A stretch of 64,000 nucleotides of DNA from Candidatus Poribacteria bacterium (GCA_965198235.1 OZ240248.1:4096001-4160000); one strand, 5' to 3'. Numbered from the stretch's first letter, positions 1-10,661 are shown. Translations and numbers: made by a program. The notes: a model not told the origin generated them from the letters alone.

Positions 1-2847
1 CAAGGCGATATTTTTGCGCTACAAACTCTTGCTGAATTTGCTACACGAAGTGAGCAAACACCACTATTCTTACTGACAATTCTTCATCAAGCCTTTGAAC
101 AGTATGCAAGTAAAGCAGCCAAATCGCAACAGGAAGAGTGGGCAAAAATACAGGGACGGTTTGAAGATATAGCATTTATGGAACCTACAGAACAGGTACT
201 CCGTCTGATCGGTTCTGCTATCGAAAGGACTTCAGAAGGTAAAGAAGAAAATTTATCTTTGCCCATTCAATTCGACCTCAAACCGAGCCAACTTACCCAG
301 GACGAATTTAGCGAACTCCTGAGAAACTGCTTGCCACTCCATCCAACCGTTGTACTTGTTATAGATTCAATTTTCCGGCGATTCGGACAGAATGAACGTT
401 CCCTCTTTGCCTTCCTCAGTTCAAGCGAACCTCATGGACTCCAAGACTTTCTTTTTAATCAGCGTTACAACAGAGATACATTACCTCTGTTCTCAATCGC
501 CGACCTGTACGATTACCTCAAGACTAATATGGGGAATCGGCTGTATATCTCACACAATAGCAAGAAGTGGGCAGAAATTGAATCAGCAATAGGTCGACTG
601 TCAGACTCATCCGCTATGTCAGCTAAGCTGATTAAAACGATCGGGATACTTGGCATCGTTGGTGAATCAATTCCAAATCTGAAAGCCTCAGAACCGATGC
701 TCCGTTACACGTTAGATGATAAAACAAAAGGGTTTGCCCATGAATTTGAGACAGCACTTACCACGCTGAAGGAGCGTTCAATTGCCATTTATCGCCGTTA
801 CAATAAGGCTTACGCGCTTTGGCAAGGAAGTGACATCGACATTGAAGCAAAACTCCGTGAGGCAGAAGGAAGCGTTTATACAAAAGCCAACCTCGCCACA
901 ACTTTGTCGCGCTATCTGCCGATACGTCCCCTCGTCGCCCGACGACATCTATTTGAAACAGGCACCTTTCGTCATTTTGCCCTTCGGTACACCGATCTTG
1001 AAAACTTTGATGCGGATATTAAAAAGCCACTTGGTGATGCAGATGGATTTGTGCTCTACACGCTTCCAGCAAATGAATATGAAGTTAACCAATTAGTTGA
1101 AAAGGCAAGTGAGGATGCTCTTGCTTCCCTTCAAGAGGTGTTAATTGCAATCCCCCAAGCTATAGGCACTCTACAAGATGCTGTTACCCAACTCACCCAC
1201 CTATATTGGGTTTCCGAGAACACACCTGAATTAGAAGGAGATCAAATAGCAAGACTTGAACTCTCAGTGCAGCAAATACAAGCGGAAAAGGAAGTGTCTG
1301 ATAGACTAACAACAATCTTTGGCAAAGACAGTAAAAATGCTTGTACATGGTACCACCAGGGACAGCCCGTAAACATTAACTCTCAACGCTCAAAAAACGC
1401 TTACCTCTCAAAAATCTGTGATGATATCTACGATAAGACCCCCATTATTCGGAACGAACTAGTCAACCGACGGGAAATCTCTCGTGCCGCAACAACAGCA
1501 AGAAAGAAATTAATTCAAGCGATGCTTGAGAGTGATGATCAGAGAAATCTCAGAATCATGGGTTACCCTCCTGAAATGAGCATCTACCGCTCCCTCTTAT
1601 GGAAGACCGGAATACATCGCGAAGCCTCAGGTGTATGGGGATTTTACCCACCCAAAACAGGCGATAAGAACAGAATGGAGTACACCTGGAAAGCAATCGA
1701 GGCGTTTCTTACTGAGTGTGAAGGGAAACGACAACCTATTGAAGCACTCTATAAACGTCTGATGGCACCGCCACTCGGTGTGCGAAATGGTCCACTGCCT
1801 ATTCTTTTGTGTGCTGCGATGATGCATTACAAAACCGAAATTGCGCTCTACGAAAACGGTTCTTTTATACCAGACTGGTCAATGCCAGTTTTTGAAAGAC
1901 TGCTCAAAGTGCCTCAACAATTTGAACTGAAACGTTTTCAAATAGCAGGTATCCGTGCAAATCTGTTAGCACAATTTTTGGAGAGACTCAATCAACCAAT
2001 GGCGGTAGAAGACTCTGATTTGTTGATGGTCGTCACGCCACTTATTCGCTCTATAGCACAACTTCCAAAGTACGCACTAACAACACAAGAATTGAGTGAC
2101 ACCTCAAAAAATGTAAGGGAAGCCATTCTGAATGCGCGTGAACCCGACGAACTCCTCTTTAACCAATTGCCTGAAGCACTCGGATTCCCTGTCTTTGGCA
2201 CAGAAACAGCAATAGATGCAAAGGTTGTTTCGGATTTCTTCACCACACTGCAAGACGCTCTGTCCGAGTTAGAGCAGGCTTACGAAGTGCTACTGAACTC
2301 CATTGAGCAGTTGCTCGCGAAAGCCTTCAATTTGACCCCGAAGAAAGAAGAACTCCAAACAGAATTGGTCGCCAGAGCTGAGCCCTTGTTAGAAATAGTA
2401 ATCGAAACTGATTTTAAAGGGTTTTTAATTCATATCTGTAGCAGCGGACATGATTTCACCAGTTGGCTTGAGGCAATTTCAACCTATCTTACCAAAAAAA
2501 CACCTGCATCGTGGGTAGACTTGGATAAAGCACAATTTCAAAGCAATCTCTCTCAATTCACGAGGAAATTTCGGCATTTTGAAGCGGTGTCTTACGAAAA
2601 ATGGGAGCATACTGAATTATCAGCAGGTGAGCCAATTCGCATCGGCATTACAAGACCTAAACACCCCGAACAGGAACAGGTTGTCATTTTGCCTTCAACT
2701 GCTGAGGAACAAGTAAATAAATTGGAACGCGCAATTGAGAAAGCTTCTGACGAAATTGATACAGATGGAAACCTTGAATTCCGTCTTGCAGTTTTAGCAC
2801 GAATCTCGCAAAAATTGATGTCCAAGGATAAACAAGAAACATCTTGA
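1..2847 (+). CDS. SspC-like large ATP-binding protein of an Ssp-type phosphorothioation system (5' end lies upstream of the window)
   Basis: Frame is open from base 1 (QGDIFALQTLAE...LHQAFEQY...EEWAKIQGRFEDI). Motifs LPLHP, FGQNERSLFAFL and PIIRNELVNR are typical of this ATPase family. Sits directly upstream of a PAPS-reductase-family gene. Confidence 0.7.
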   Translation, partial: QGDIFALQTLAEFATRSEQTPLFLLTILHQAFEQYASKAAKSQQEEWAKIQGRFEDIAFMEPTEQVLRLIGSAIERTSEGKEENLSLPIQFDLKPSQLTQDEFSELLRNCLPLHPTVVLVIDSIFRRFGQNERSLFAFLSSSEPHGLQDFLFNQRYNRDTLPLFSIADLYDYLKTNMGNRLYISHNSKKWAEIESAIGRLSDSSAMSAKLIKTIGILGIVGESIPNLKASEPMLRYTLDDKTKGFAHEFETALTTLKERSIAIYRRYNKAYALWQGSDIDIEAKLREAEGSVYTKANLATTLSRYLPIRPLVARRHLFETGTFRHFALRYTDLENFDADIKKPLGDADGFVLYTLPANEYEVNQLVEKASEDALASLQEVLIAIPQAIGTLQDAVTQLTHLYWVSENTPELEGDQIARLELSVQQIQAEKEVSDRLTTIFGKDSKNACTWYHQGQPVNINSQRSKNAYLSKICDDIYDKTPIIRNELVNRREISRAATTARKKLIQAMLESDDQRNLRIMGYPPEMSIYRSLLWKTGIHREASGVWGFYPPKTGDKNRMEYTWKAIEAFLTECEGKRQPIEALYKRLMAPPLGVRNGPLPILLCAAMMHYKTEIALYENGSFIPDWSMPVFERLLKVPQQFELKRFQIAGIRANLLAQFLERLNQPMAVEDSDLLMVVTPLIRSIAQLPKYALTTQELSDTSKNVREAILNAREPDELLFNQLPEALGFPVFGTETAIDAKVVSDFFTTLQDALSELEQAYEVLLNSIEQLLAKAFNLTPKKEELQTELVARAEPLLEIVIETDFKGFLIHICSSGHDFTSWLEAISTYLTKKTPASWVDLDKAQFQSNLSQFTRKFRHFEAVSYEKWEHTELSAGEPIRIGITRPKHPEQEQVVILPSTAEEQVNKLERAIEKASDEIDTDGNLEFRLAVLARISQKLMSKDKQETS

Positions 2848-2913
2848 TATCTCGGGAAGTATATGGTACAATTGGGAACATAGAGTTACAAAACAACTAC
2901 CTCAGGAGGAAAC

Positions 2914-3795
2914 ATGGCACAAAAAGTTCGCCATCTGCTCGGCCTCTCCGGTGGTAAAGACAGTTCTGCCCTCGCTGTCTACATGAGGGATAGGGTGCCT
3001 GAGATGGAATACTTCTTTTCTGACACCGGTAAGGAGTTGCCAGAGACCTATGAGTTTTTGGATCGGTTAGAGGTATTCCTCGGCAAACCGATTGTCCGCC
3101 TTAACATGGACCCGGATCCCAATACCAACCGAGATTTCGATCACTGGCTGACAGTATACGAAGGTCTGCTCCCGTCGTCTCAGGTCCGCTGGTGCACCGT
3201 TGACCTCAAAATCAAACCATTTGAGGCGTACGTGGGCGAAGATAAAGCATATCATTACATCGCTATCCGCGCCGACGAAGATCGTGTCGGTTATAAACCG
3301 CCGAAGATTTCCTCCCTTCGCAATATCAAACCCAAATACCCATTCAAACAGGATGGCATCACCAAAGAGGATGTCTACCGAATTTTGGAGGAAAGCGGTA
3401 TCGGTTTGCCTGACTATTACAAGTGGCGGACGCGTTCGGGGTGTTACTTCTGTTTTTTCCAGCGCAAATCCGAGTGGGTAGGACTGTTAGAGCAACATCC
3501 AGACCTCTTTGAACGCGCCAAGGAATACGAAAAACCCAATCCAAAATCAAAGACAGGAGAATTATTTACGTGGTGTCAGGGTGAAACTTTAGAAGAGTTG
3601 TCTAAACCAGAACGGATAGCAGAGATCAAGGCAAATACCGAAAAGGCGATAGAAGATAAGAAAAAAGCAATAGAGGACAAGAAAATGACTAAACCAAATC
3701 AAACCCTGATGCAAATTCTCACCCGAGCTGAAATCCTTACTGAGGTGCTTGACGATGAGGATGATGAAGAACCGTGTTTGATTTGTCATAAGTAA
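2914..3795 (+). CDS. PAPS reductase family protein, SspD/DndC-like
   Basis: SGGKDS PP-loop, DTGKELPET, RWCT, RSGCYFCFFQ and C-terminal CLICH; SD AGGAGG upstream. Confidence 0.85.
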   Translation: MAQKVRHLLGLSGGKDSSALAVYMRDRVPEMEYFFSDTGKELPETYEFLDRLEVFLGKPIVRLNMDPDPNTNRDFDHWLTVYEGLLPSSQVRWCTVDLKIKPFEAYVGEDKAYHYIAIRADEDRVGYKPPKISSLRNIKPKYPFKQDGITKEDVYRILEESGIGLPDYYKWRTRSGCYFCFFQRKSEWVGLLEQHPDLFERAKEYEKPNPKSKTGELFTWCQGETLEELSKPERIAEIKANTEKAIEDKKKAIEDKKMTKPNQTLMQILTRAEILTEVLDDEDDEEPCLICHK

Positions 3796-4168
3796 TGCCA
3801 TAGAGAACCCACAAGTGGATAGAGATTTATTCTTCAGAAATTAGAAACTTGAAACCATAACATAGAGATGGGAAAAGGTATATCGTAAAATGTTGTCAGT
3901 CCTATATCCAGCCGGAAAATTGCTATGCAATAAAAAGCAGCTTATTCCATAATTGAATTGTAATACCGTGTTCGATTCAATTGGTTCGACTCACCCAAAA
4001 TTCCCAACATACGATATAACAATAACCAAAGAATATCACAGATCGAAAAACGGGAGACAACACTCCATTCCGCTTTTTGCGAAGTCAGGAACTCTCACCA
4101 GCAACATCTATCCTGACACATTCCACATACCTTCAAATCTCACCATAAATATCCCTACCCAAAAATTC

Positions 4169-4392
4169 AATATTCCCCTTGACTTTATGCTTTATATATG
4201 TTATACGTATAGTATATTATGCTAACGATTTGAAGAAAACCAAAATCGAAAATGTTACACTTTTCGTCAAATTATTTTTTTCACAACGAAAATTTACAAA
4301 AAACGGTCATGAACCCTTACGGTTACTGGATTCCATGCCAATAACCAATGTACACAAAATGTTACACTGGTGTAACATTTTAAGGGGAATTT
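4169..4392 (+). repeat. Long direct repeat copy 1 (promoter, AAAATGTTACAC boxes, terminal palindrome)
   Basis: Aligns by eye with 7861-8116. Palindrome AAAATGTTACAC-TG-GTGTAACATTTT at 4356-4381. Confidence 0.85.
4179..4207 (+). promoter_or_regulatory. Putative sigma70 promoter within repeat copy 1
   Basis: TTGACT-17nt-TATACG with TG extension; conserved in copy 2. Confidence 0.5.
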
Positions 4393-4437
4393 CCATGTAA
4401 TTCCCAGTCAGAACCAGTTAGGACACAAACAGCCAAA

Positions 4438-4533
4438 AATCCGCGTGATCCGCGTAATCCGTGATTCAGACAACCGATAACCCACAACCACATCGAAGAG
4501 AAACAACAATCCTGTAAATCCTGATTCAGACAA
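4438..4533 (+). repeat. Short tandem AATCC(G/T)...GATTCAGACAA repeats
   Basis: Same motif family recurs at 7805-7850 and 8202-8240. Confidence 0.7.
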
Positions 4534-4616
4534 TCCTAAAATTCTCCTCGCAATTTCGTATGACTCCGTTTATAATGTGGTATCGTTCTTATGCCAACAA
4601 CACACGGAGAAAATAG

Positions 4617-7600
4617 ATGTCCGACCTGAACATCAAGCCTACGCATAAACCTATCAAAACCTACTACGCCGAACTCGAAAAATACGCGCAACTCGGTGAA
4701 GAAAACGAAGGTACCGTCCGCGCCGCATTCCAAAACCTTCTCCAACATTATTGCCACCAATCCGACTTCACACTGCTCTGTGAAAAGACACGCGCCGCCT
4801 CTGATACAGGGACCCAAGGCGGTTACAGACGCATTCGACCGGACGGGGAAGTCGTAGATGCCTTCGGACTGCCACACGGCTACTGGGAAGCCAAAGATAC
4901 ACAAGACGACCTCCGCCTTGAAGCGTCCAAGAAGTTTGCTGCAGGTTATCCGTCGAAAAATATTGTTGTGCAGTCACCCACCCACGCCCTCCTCTATCAG
5001 GATGGGCAGCTGCAGCTCGATGTGGACATCACCGATCCGAGAAACCTCGTCCGTATGCTACAGACCTTCTTTGCGTATCAGGAGGCAAATATCTCGGCAT
5101 GGCATGCGGCAGTCTCCGAATTCAGAGAGACGGTGCCGGAACTCGGCGAAAAGTTGGCAGCACTCATCGAAACAGAACGTCAAAACAATCCACACTTCCG
5201 AGAGGCGTTCACCAATTTCCATCAGCAGTGCCAAGCCTCCATTAATCCAAACCTCTCGATTGCCGCTGTAGAGGAGATGCTCATTCAACATCTCCTGACG
5301 GAGCGGATTTTCGCTACCGTTTTCAAGAACCGTGATTTCACTCGCCGTAACATTATTGCCAGGGACATCGAGAAAGTGATTGATGTGCTGACAGAGCATG
5401 CCCTGAACCGCGACCAATTTCTTCAAAGTTTGGATCCGTTCTACGTTGCGATTGAGAAAACCGCGGCGACTATCACGGATTTCTCACAAAAACAGGGATT
5501 CCTCAACGCCGTCTACGAGCAGTTTTTTCAAGGCTTCTCCGTCAAGGTCGCCGATACACACGGTATTGTCTACACACCGCAGCCGATCGTCGACTTTATG
5601 GTGAAAAGCGTCGAGCATATCCTACAGACCGAATTTAACCGCTCACTTTCAGAGAGCGACGTGAATATCATTGACCCATTTGTTGGCACGGGTAACTTCA
5701 TCGTGCGTATCATGCAGGCACTCGATCCCATTTCGTTAGAGCGAAAATACACTGCTAATCCGCCGGAACTCCAGTGCAACGAGGTGATGCTGCTGCCCTA
5801 CTACATCGCCTGTCTCAACATAGAACAACAATTTTACGCCGCAACGAACCGATACGCCCCTTATGAAGGTATCTGTCTGGTGGACACGTTTGAGATGGCA
5901 GAAGAACGACAGATACAGATGTTTACGCCTGCCAATACAGAGCGTGTTGAGAAACAGAAGCAGACACCGATGTTCGTCGTTATCGGTAACCCGCCCTATA
6001 ACGCAGGACAGATCAACGAAAACGATAACAACAAGAATCGGGAATATGAGACGATGGATGAACGGATCGCGGACACTTACGCGAAAGACTCCAAAGCGAC
6101 CCTGAGAAATAAACTCTACGATCCCTATGTCAAAGCCATCCGATGGGCTTTGGATAGAATTGGCGATGAGGGGATTGTCGCTTTTGTGACAAACAACAGC
6201 TTTCTCGACGGGGTCGCATTTGACGGCATGCGAAAACACCTCGCCGCAGACTGCGACGCGATCTATATTCTGGATTTAGGAGGGAACGCAAGAAAGGGAT
6301 TGAAGGTCTCCGATGCGAATGTGTTCGGCATTCGTGTAGGGGTGAGCATCAATCTATTTGTGAAAAATAGGCAGAATCCATCAGAACCACCTCGTATTTT
6401 TTACTACTGCACAGATGATTTATGGAACAGAAAACAGAAATTTGATTTTCTGAATGAACGAGAGCACGCGGGCAGAATTGAATGGCAAAATATCCAACCG
6501 GATGCGCGACATACGTGGCTCAGCGAAGGTCTCCACGCTGAATTTGAAACCTTTATTCCGATGGGAAGTAAGGCAGCAAAGACGGTAAAAGATGACCCCA
6601 CAGATGTAATATTCAAAACCTATAGCAACGGCGTAAAGACCAATCGTGATGCGTGGGTTTACAATTTCAACCGAAACGTGCTGACAGAGAACATAAAGAG
6701 AATGATTGAAAATTACAACGCGGAAGTTGCTCGGTGGGTGCAACGGACAGATCGAGAGACTAAACTTGATAATTATGTCGTTTCCGATGACACGAAAATC
6801 AAGTGGAGTCGTGATTTAAAAGTGAAATTAGACCGAGGAACAACGTCCGAATATACTGAACACAAGGTAAGAACAGCCCTCTATCGTCCGTTTACGAAAT
6901 CCAACCTCTACTTTGACCGAACAATGAGTGATGTGGTCTCCGTATTTCCATCTATTTTTCCCACACTTTATACAGAAACGGAAAATCGGGTGATATGGCT
7001 TAAAGTCGGCAAAGAGTGGCCGATGTTTGGACTGATGGCCAACCAATTTCCTGATCAGTTGCCACAAGGGGGTTCTCAATGCTTCCCTTTCTATACCTAT
7101 GACGAAGACGGCACAAACCGCCAAGAAAACATTACCGATTGGGCATTGACACAATTCCAAACGCACTACAAGGATAATGCCATCACCAAGTGGGACATCT
7201 TCCACTACAACTACGGCATCTTACACCATCCCGACTACCGTGAGAAGTATGCCGCCAACCTCAAGCGTGATCTGCCCCATATCCCCTTCACTGATGATTT
7301 CTGGGAATTTGCAAAGGCAGGTGCGCGCCTCGCAGACCTCCACGTCAACTACGAATCTCAACCTGAATATAGCGATCTCAAATTCATTCAGAACCGCGAT
7401 GTTCCGCTTAATTGGCGCGTTGAGAAGATGAAACTCTCAAAAGATAAAACCTCGCTTATCTACAACAACTTCCTAACGATAGCCGGTATTCCCATAAAGG
7501 CTTTTGACTATCGGCTTGGCACCCGCTCCGCGTTAGAATGGGTAATAGACCAGTATCGCGTGAAAACCGATAAACGGAGCGGTATCGTCAACGATCCGAA

Positions 7601-7709
7601 CCGTGCCGACGATCCGCAGTACATCGTCAAGTTGATTGGGAAAGTGACAACAGTAAGTTGGGAGACAGTGGACATTGTAAACGAACTGCCGGCGTTAGAC
7701 CTTCGCTAA
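4617..7709 (+). CDS. Type ISP/IIG-like restriction-modification enzyme (nuclease, N6-adenine MTase and specificity domain; no helicase)
   Basis: PDG...EAKD PD-(D/E)xK motif, GIVYTP, DPFVGTG (motif I), GNPPY (motif IV), and C-terminal YRPF / YxxNLKRDLPHIP / RSALEWVIDQY of ISP-type C-termini. Confidence 0.85.
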   Translation: MSDLNIKPTHKPIKTYYAELEKYAQLGEENEGTVRAAFQNLLQHYCHQSDFTLLCEKTRAASDTGTQGGYRRIRPDGEVVDAFGLPHGYWEAKDTQDDLRLEASKKFAAGYPSKNIVVQSPTHALLYQDGQLQLDVDITDPRNLVRMLQTFFAYQEANISAWHAAVSEFRETVPELGEKLAALIETERQNNPHFREAFTNFHQQCQASINPNLSIAAVEEMLIQHLLTERIFATVFKNRDFTRRNIIARDIEKVIDVLTEHALNRDQFLQSLDPFYVAIEKTAATITDFSQKQGFLNAVYEQFFQGFSVKVADTHGIVYTPQPIVDFMVKSVEHILQTEFNRSLSESDVNIIDPFVGTGNFIVRIMQALDPISLERKYTANPPELQCNEVMLLPYYIACLNIEQQFYAATNRYAPYEGICLVDTFEMAEERQIQMFTPANTERVEKQKQTPMFVVIGNPPYNAGQINENDNNKNREYETMDERIADTYAKDSKATLRNKLYDPYVKAIRWALDRIGDEGIVAFVTNNSFLDGVAFDGMRKHLAADCDAIYILDLGGNARKGLKVSDANVFGIRVGVSINLFVKNRQNPSEPPRIFYYCTDDLWNRKQKFDFLNEREHAGRIEWQNIQPDARHTWLSEGLHAEFETFIPMGSKAAKTVKDDPTDVIFKTYSNGVKTNRDAWVYNFNRNVLTENIKRMIENYNAEVARWVQRTDRETKLDNYVVSDDTKIKWSRDLKVKLDRGTTSEYTEHKVRTALYRPFTKSNLYFDRTMSDVVSVFPSIFPTLYTETENRVIWLKVGKEWPMFGLMANQFPDQLPQGGSQCFPFYTYDEDGTNRQENITDWALTQFQTHYKDNAITKWDIFHYNYGILHHPDYREKYAANLKRDLPHIPFTDDFWEFAKAGARLADLHVNYESQPEYSDLKFIQNRDVPLNWRVEKMKLSKDKTSLIYNNFLTIAGIPIKAFDYRLGTRSALEWVIDQYRVKTDKRSGIVNDPNRADDPQYIVKLIGKVTTVSWETVDIVNELPALDLR

Positions 7710-7860
7710 ATCAGGAAACACATCAAACAAAAAACACAAAAGTGTGATACAATCTTCCGCTATGTTTATCTCCTAAGATATACGCAAGATTGGCAAAACA
7801 CGCCAATCCGCGTCATCCGCGTCATCCGTGTAATCCGCGATTCAGACAACTAAACAATTG

Positions 7861-8116
7861 AATATTCCCTTGATTTTTTGCTTTATATATGTTATACTTA
7901 AAATATAATAGCAATTTAAAGAAAACGAAAAAACGAAGCAATCTAACGGAACAGTCGACAACCATAATCGCAAAATGTTACACTTTGCACCAAATTATTT
8001 TTTTCCACAACGGAGATTTACAAAAAAACGCCTCTGAACCCTTACAGTTACTGGACTCCATGCCAATAACCACCGCACACCAAATGTTACACTGGTGTAA
8101 CATTTTAAGGAGAATT
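7861..8116 (+). repeat. Long direct repeat copy 2
   Basis: TTGATT(7870)-17nt-TATACT(7893), GAACCCTTAC.GTTACTGGA.TCCATGCCAATAACC core, palindrome at 8082-8105. Confidence 0.85.
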
Positions 8117-8515
8117 CTCACGCAACTATATCAGACACCTAACCCTGAAAGTTGACATCCAAATCAAGAAGGAACTTTAATCCCGGTAAGATTGAAGAGG
8201 TTTCCTGTAAATCCCGGTTCAGACAACCGACAACCGATAACTAATAATTGCAGAGCCATTGAGTTTTCGGTTTTCTGTCCGTTTTAGATGGCGTATCGCC
8301 ACCTGGAGGTCGCTCCTACAAGAATGTGTGTTTTTGCGTGGGGTGTTTTTGCGTGGGTATTTCTGCGTATTGATAGGGTGTTTCTGCGGATTTCCCCTCC
8401 TATAGCAGAACGGAGTGCCTCAGATGACAAATCGTCGAGGATGCCCGAAAAGATAAGAACCTCCGGTTCTAAAAACACCGATACGATACGTTAATTATAT
8501 TTTCACATTCGTTTT

Positions 8516-8820
8516 TTCACGGAGAGACGGCATGTTGCATCTTGGAAACCCACGGCTCGCCTATGTCCGTAAAAACCTCCGTGAAGCCTCCGTGAAAGTG
8601 AGAGTCCTTCGGAACATTTATAGGAAGATATACAATTATCACTCCAGCACCGAGAAAGTTTTATGACGGATAGAGACCCGTGTGAAATTTTCATAGCAAC
8701 TTTCATAGCAACTTTCATAGCACGCTGTGATGAAAACCGTCTAAAACCCAATCGTGGTCAGGGTTTATCCCCTTTCACGCACTTATTGATTTCTCGGATT
8801 TGCTATGAAAACTGTGAAAG
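8516..8820. repeat. Iteron-like array of direct and inverted repeats
   Basis: TTTCATAGCA(AC) x3 at 8689-8722 with inverted TGCTATGAAA at 8801; CCTCCGTGAA x2 at 8576-8596 with inverted TTCACGGAG at 8516. Confidence 0.75.
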
Positions 8821-9404
8821 TATGGTCAGATTTGCGAATCTGTAGACATTACAGGAAACACAGGATTCCTCCTTTTTCGCTGGCAAAGTTAGAAACCGCG
8901 CCAACCGACGCTGTATAACGGATTGTAGGTGCTGCTGTCAAAAAAAGGCGTGAAATCCGATAATTTCTTAAAACTGAACGCCTCTGGGCAACCAATAACT
9001 AATAATTGACATCCGTCTGTCAGATATGCTATCATTTTCACACTCGCGAGAATTATCGGTTTTCGACAGATAGGAATCACCTGACTATGAGAGAACAACG
9101 CACACTTTTCGATCTGACACAAGACGGCTTGGTCATCGGCAAAAAGCTGCAGCGTATCTATCCTGAATTCGATGTGTCCACCTTCGTTTCGGACGTTCGG
9201 ACGGCGATGTGCTTGGCAGTTTCGACTTCGAAGTGACGGCACCAAAAGACCGAAAAGTTAAGAGTCTTCCGCTCCAGCGGAGCGGTATGTGAATAACCCA
9301 GTTAATTGGGTATTATGCCAGAAACTTTACACACCCGTCCGGTTTTATGGAGTTTACGAAATATTTCGGTAATGCTATAATGGATTGTCGTCAATCAAAT
9401 CCGA

Positions 9405-9505
9405 CTACTGAAGACTGACCACTGACGGCTGACGGCTGACCGCTCTTCTGTAGGAGCGAGCTGTGCTCGCGATTCTTACTGACTTGCTGACAGCTGACAG
9501 CCAAT
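9405..9505 (+). repeat. Heptamer CTGAC(G/A)G-type tandem repeats with embedded GTAG REP-like hairpin
   Basis: ctgacggctgacggctgaccgct and gtaggagcgagctgtgctcgcgat; similar runs at ~10601, 24805, 27468, 29660 and 34817. Confidence 0.75.
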
Positions 9506-9543
9506 TCCCTGACGACTAACACCCAAAAAAGGAACTTTCACAC

Positions 9544-10278
9544 ATGACTGGTGAAGAAAAATTTGCAGTGGATCTTGATGGCTATCTCGTCATAAAGAAT
9601 GTGCTAACCGAAGATGAAGTCGCTGAGATGAACGCCATTATCGACAAAGGCGATCTCCAAGGACCGCCAAGTCTCTGGGGTGAACCCTTCAGGAGACTCA
9701 TCGATCACCCGAAAATCCTACCGTATCTCATCGACCTGCTGGGTCCAACTGTCCGACTCGACCACGATTACGCCCTCTTCATGGAAAAAGGGCAAGGGCG
9801 CGGCGGATTACACGGCGGCGAGGACGGCGGACGCGCCGGTGGAAGCGTCGGCGATCATTGGTACAAATACCGAGACGGATACATGCGAAACGGGTTGTCC
9901 GTGATGACATACAACCTTGTGGACGCGCCAGCGGGTGCGGGCGGGTTCGCCTGTATCCCAGCGAGCCATAAGAGTAACTTTGCACCGGAAATTCCAACGG
10001 ATGTGCGACGTTTTGAGCGTCCGGCACACTATGTCGTCCAACCCCCACTTGAAGCCGGAGACGTGCTGTTTTTCACCGAGGCACTCATCCACGGGACAAT
10101 GCCGTGGACAGCGGAACATCAACGCCGTTCATTGCTCTATAAATACAGCCCCGGACACTCCGCATGGTCGGAACACTATTACGACATCAGTAAATACGAA
10201 GGGTTGACGGAACAACAGAAACGGATGCTCTTACCGCCCTCAGTCGGTAGACGACCCCGCGTCGTAGATGAGAATTGA
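9544..10278 (+). CDS. PhyH-family Fe(II)/2-oxoglutarate oxygenase, paralog 1 (HxG motif)
   Basis: GYLVIKNVL, LIDHPKIL, LHGG, GGFACIPASHK, AGDVLFFTEALIHG, RRSLLYKY. Confidence 0.9.
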   Translation: MTGEEKFAVDLDGYLVIKNVLTEDEVAEMNAIIDKGDLQGPPSLWGEPFRRLIDHPKILPYLIDLLGPTVRLDHDYALFMEKGQGRGGLHGGEDGGRAGGSVGDHWYKYRDGYMRNGLSVMTYNLVDAPAGAGGFACIPASHKSNFAPEIPTDVRRFERPAHYVVQPPLEAGDVLFFTEALIHGTMPWTAEHQRRSLLYKYSPGHSAWSEHYYDISKYEGLTEQQKRMLLPPSVGRRPRVVDEN

Positions 10279-10297
10279 AGAAATCCGGTGCGGTTAC

Positions 10298-10400
10298 ATG
10301 AAGAATTAAGAATTTAATCGGGTAATCTCTGAACGTGCGATAAATCGCACTACTACGAACAACCCTGTTTGTAGTAGGGCAATTCATTGCCCGTCAATTC
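10298..10400 (+). repeat. Dispersed REP-type element
   Basis: Diverged reverse-complement copy at ~43440-43533 (GTAGTAG..CAATT.ATTGC hairpins). Confidence 0.7.
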
Positions 10401-10432
10401 TACATTATTTTTTTCCAAACCGCACCTACCGT

Positions 10433-10587
10433 TAACCCAAGTTGCTACTAACGAATTTTGGACGTTTTAATGGAGTTTTTCAGACATTTTCCCACCCCGT
10501 AGGGGTGATATGTCTATAGAAAACGGTATATTCAGGTTCACCGCACTCCGTAGGAGTGCTATGTCAAATAGGTGGCAACTTGGGTTA
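10433..10587. mobile_element. MITE-like element
   Basis: Terminal inverted repeats TAACCCAAGTTGCTAC / GTGGCAACTTGGGTTA around ccccgtagggg and cactccgtaggagtg hairpins. Confidence 0.6.
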
Positions 10588-10661
10588 CCGTTACTATAAA
10601 TACTGCTGACGGCTGATTACTGACTGCTGATGGCTGATCGCTGACGAAGGAGTTTCTACAA

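Noticed and set aside
3640-3685. KAIEDKK duplication in the SspD-like protein
   Set aside because: Short slippage in a charged linker, probably neutral.
3810-3885. Possible degenerate start of a PT-sensing SBD-HNH nuclease after sspD
   Set aside because: Needs several frameshifts over about 25 codons; not supportable.
3953-4400. ORFs 3953-4225, 4179-4400 and 7889-8155 as genes
   Set aside because: They overlap the promoter/palindrome repeat, lack SDs, and their similarity is explained by the DNA repeat.
8689-8722. Tandem repeats here and at 63685-63728 as CRISPR arrays
   Set aside because: Units of 12-14 bp with no spacers, and no cas genes.
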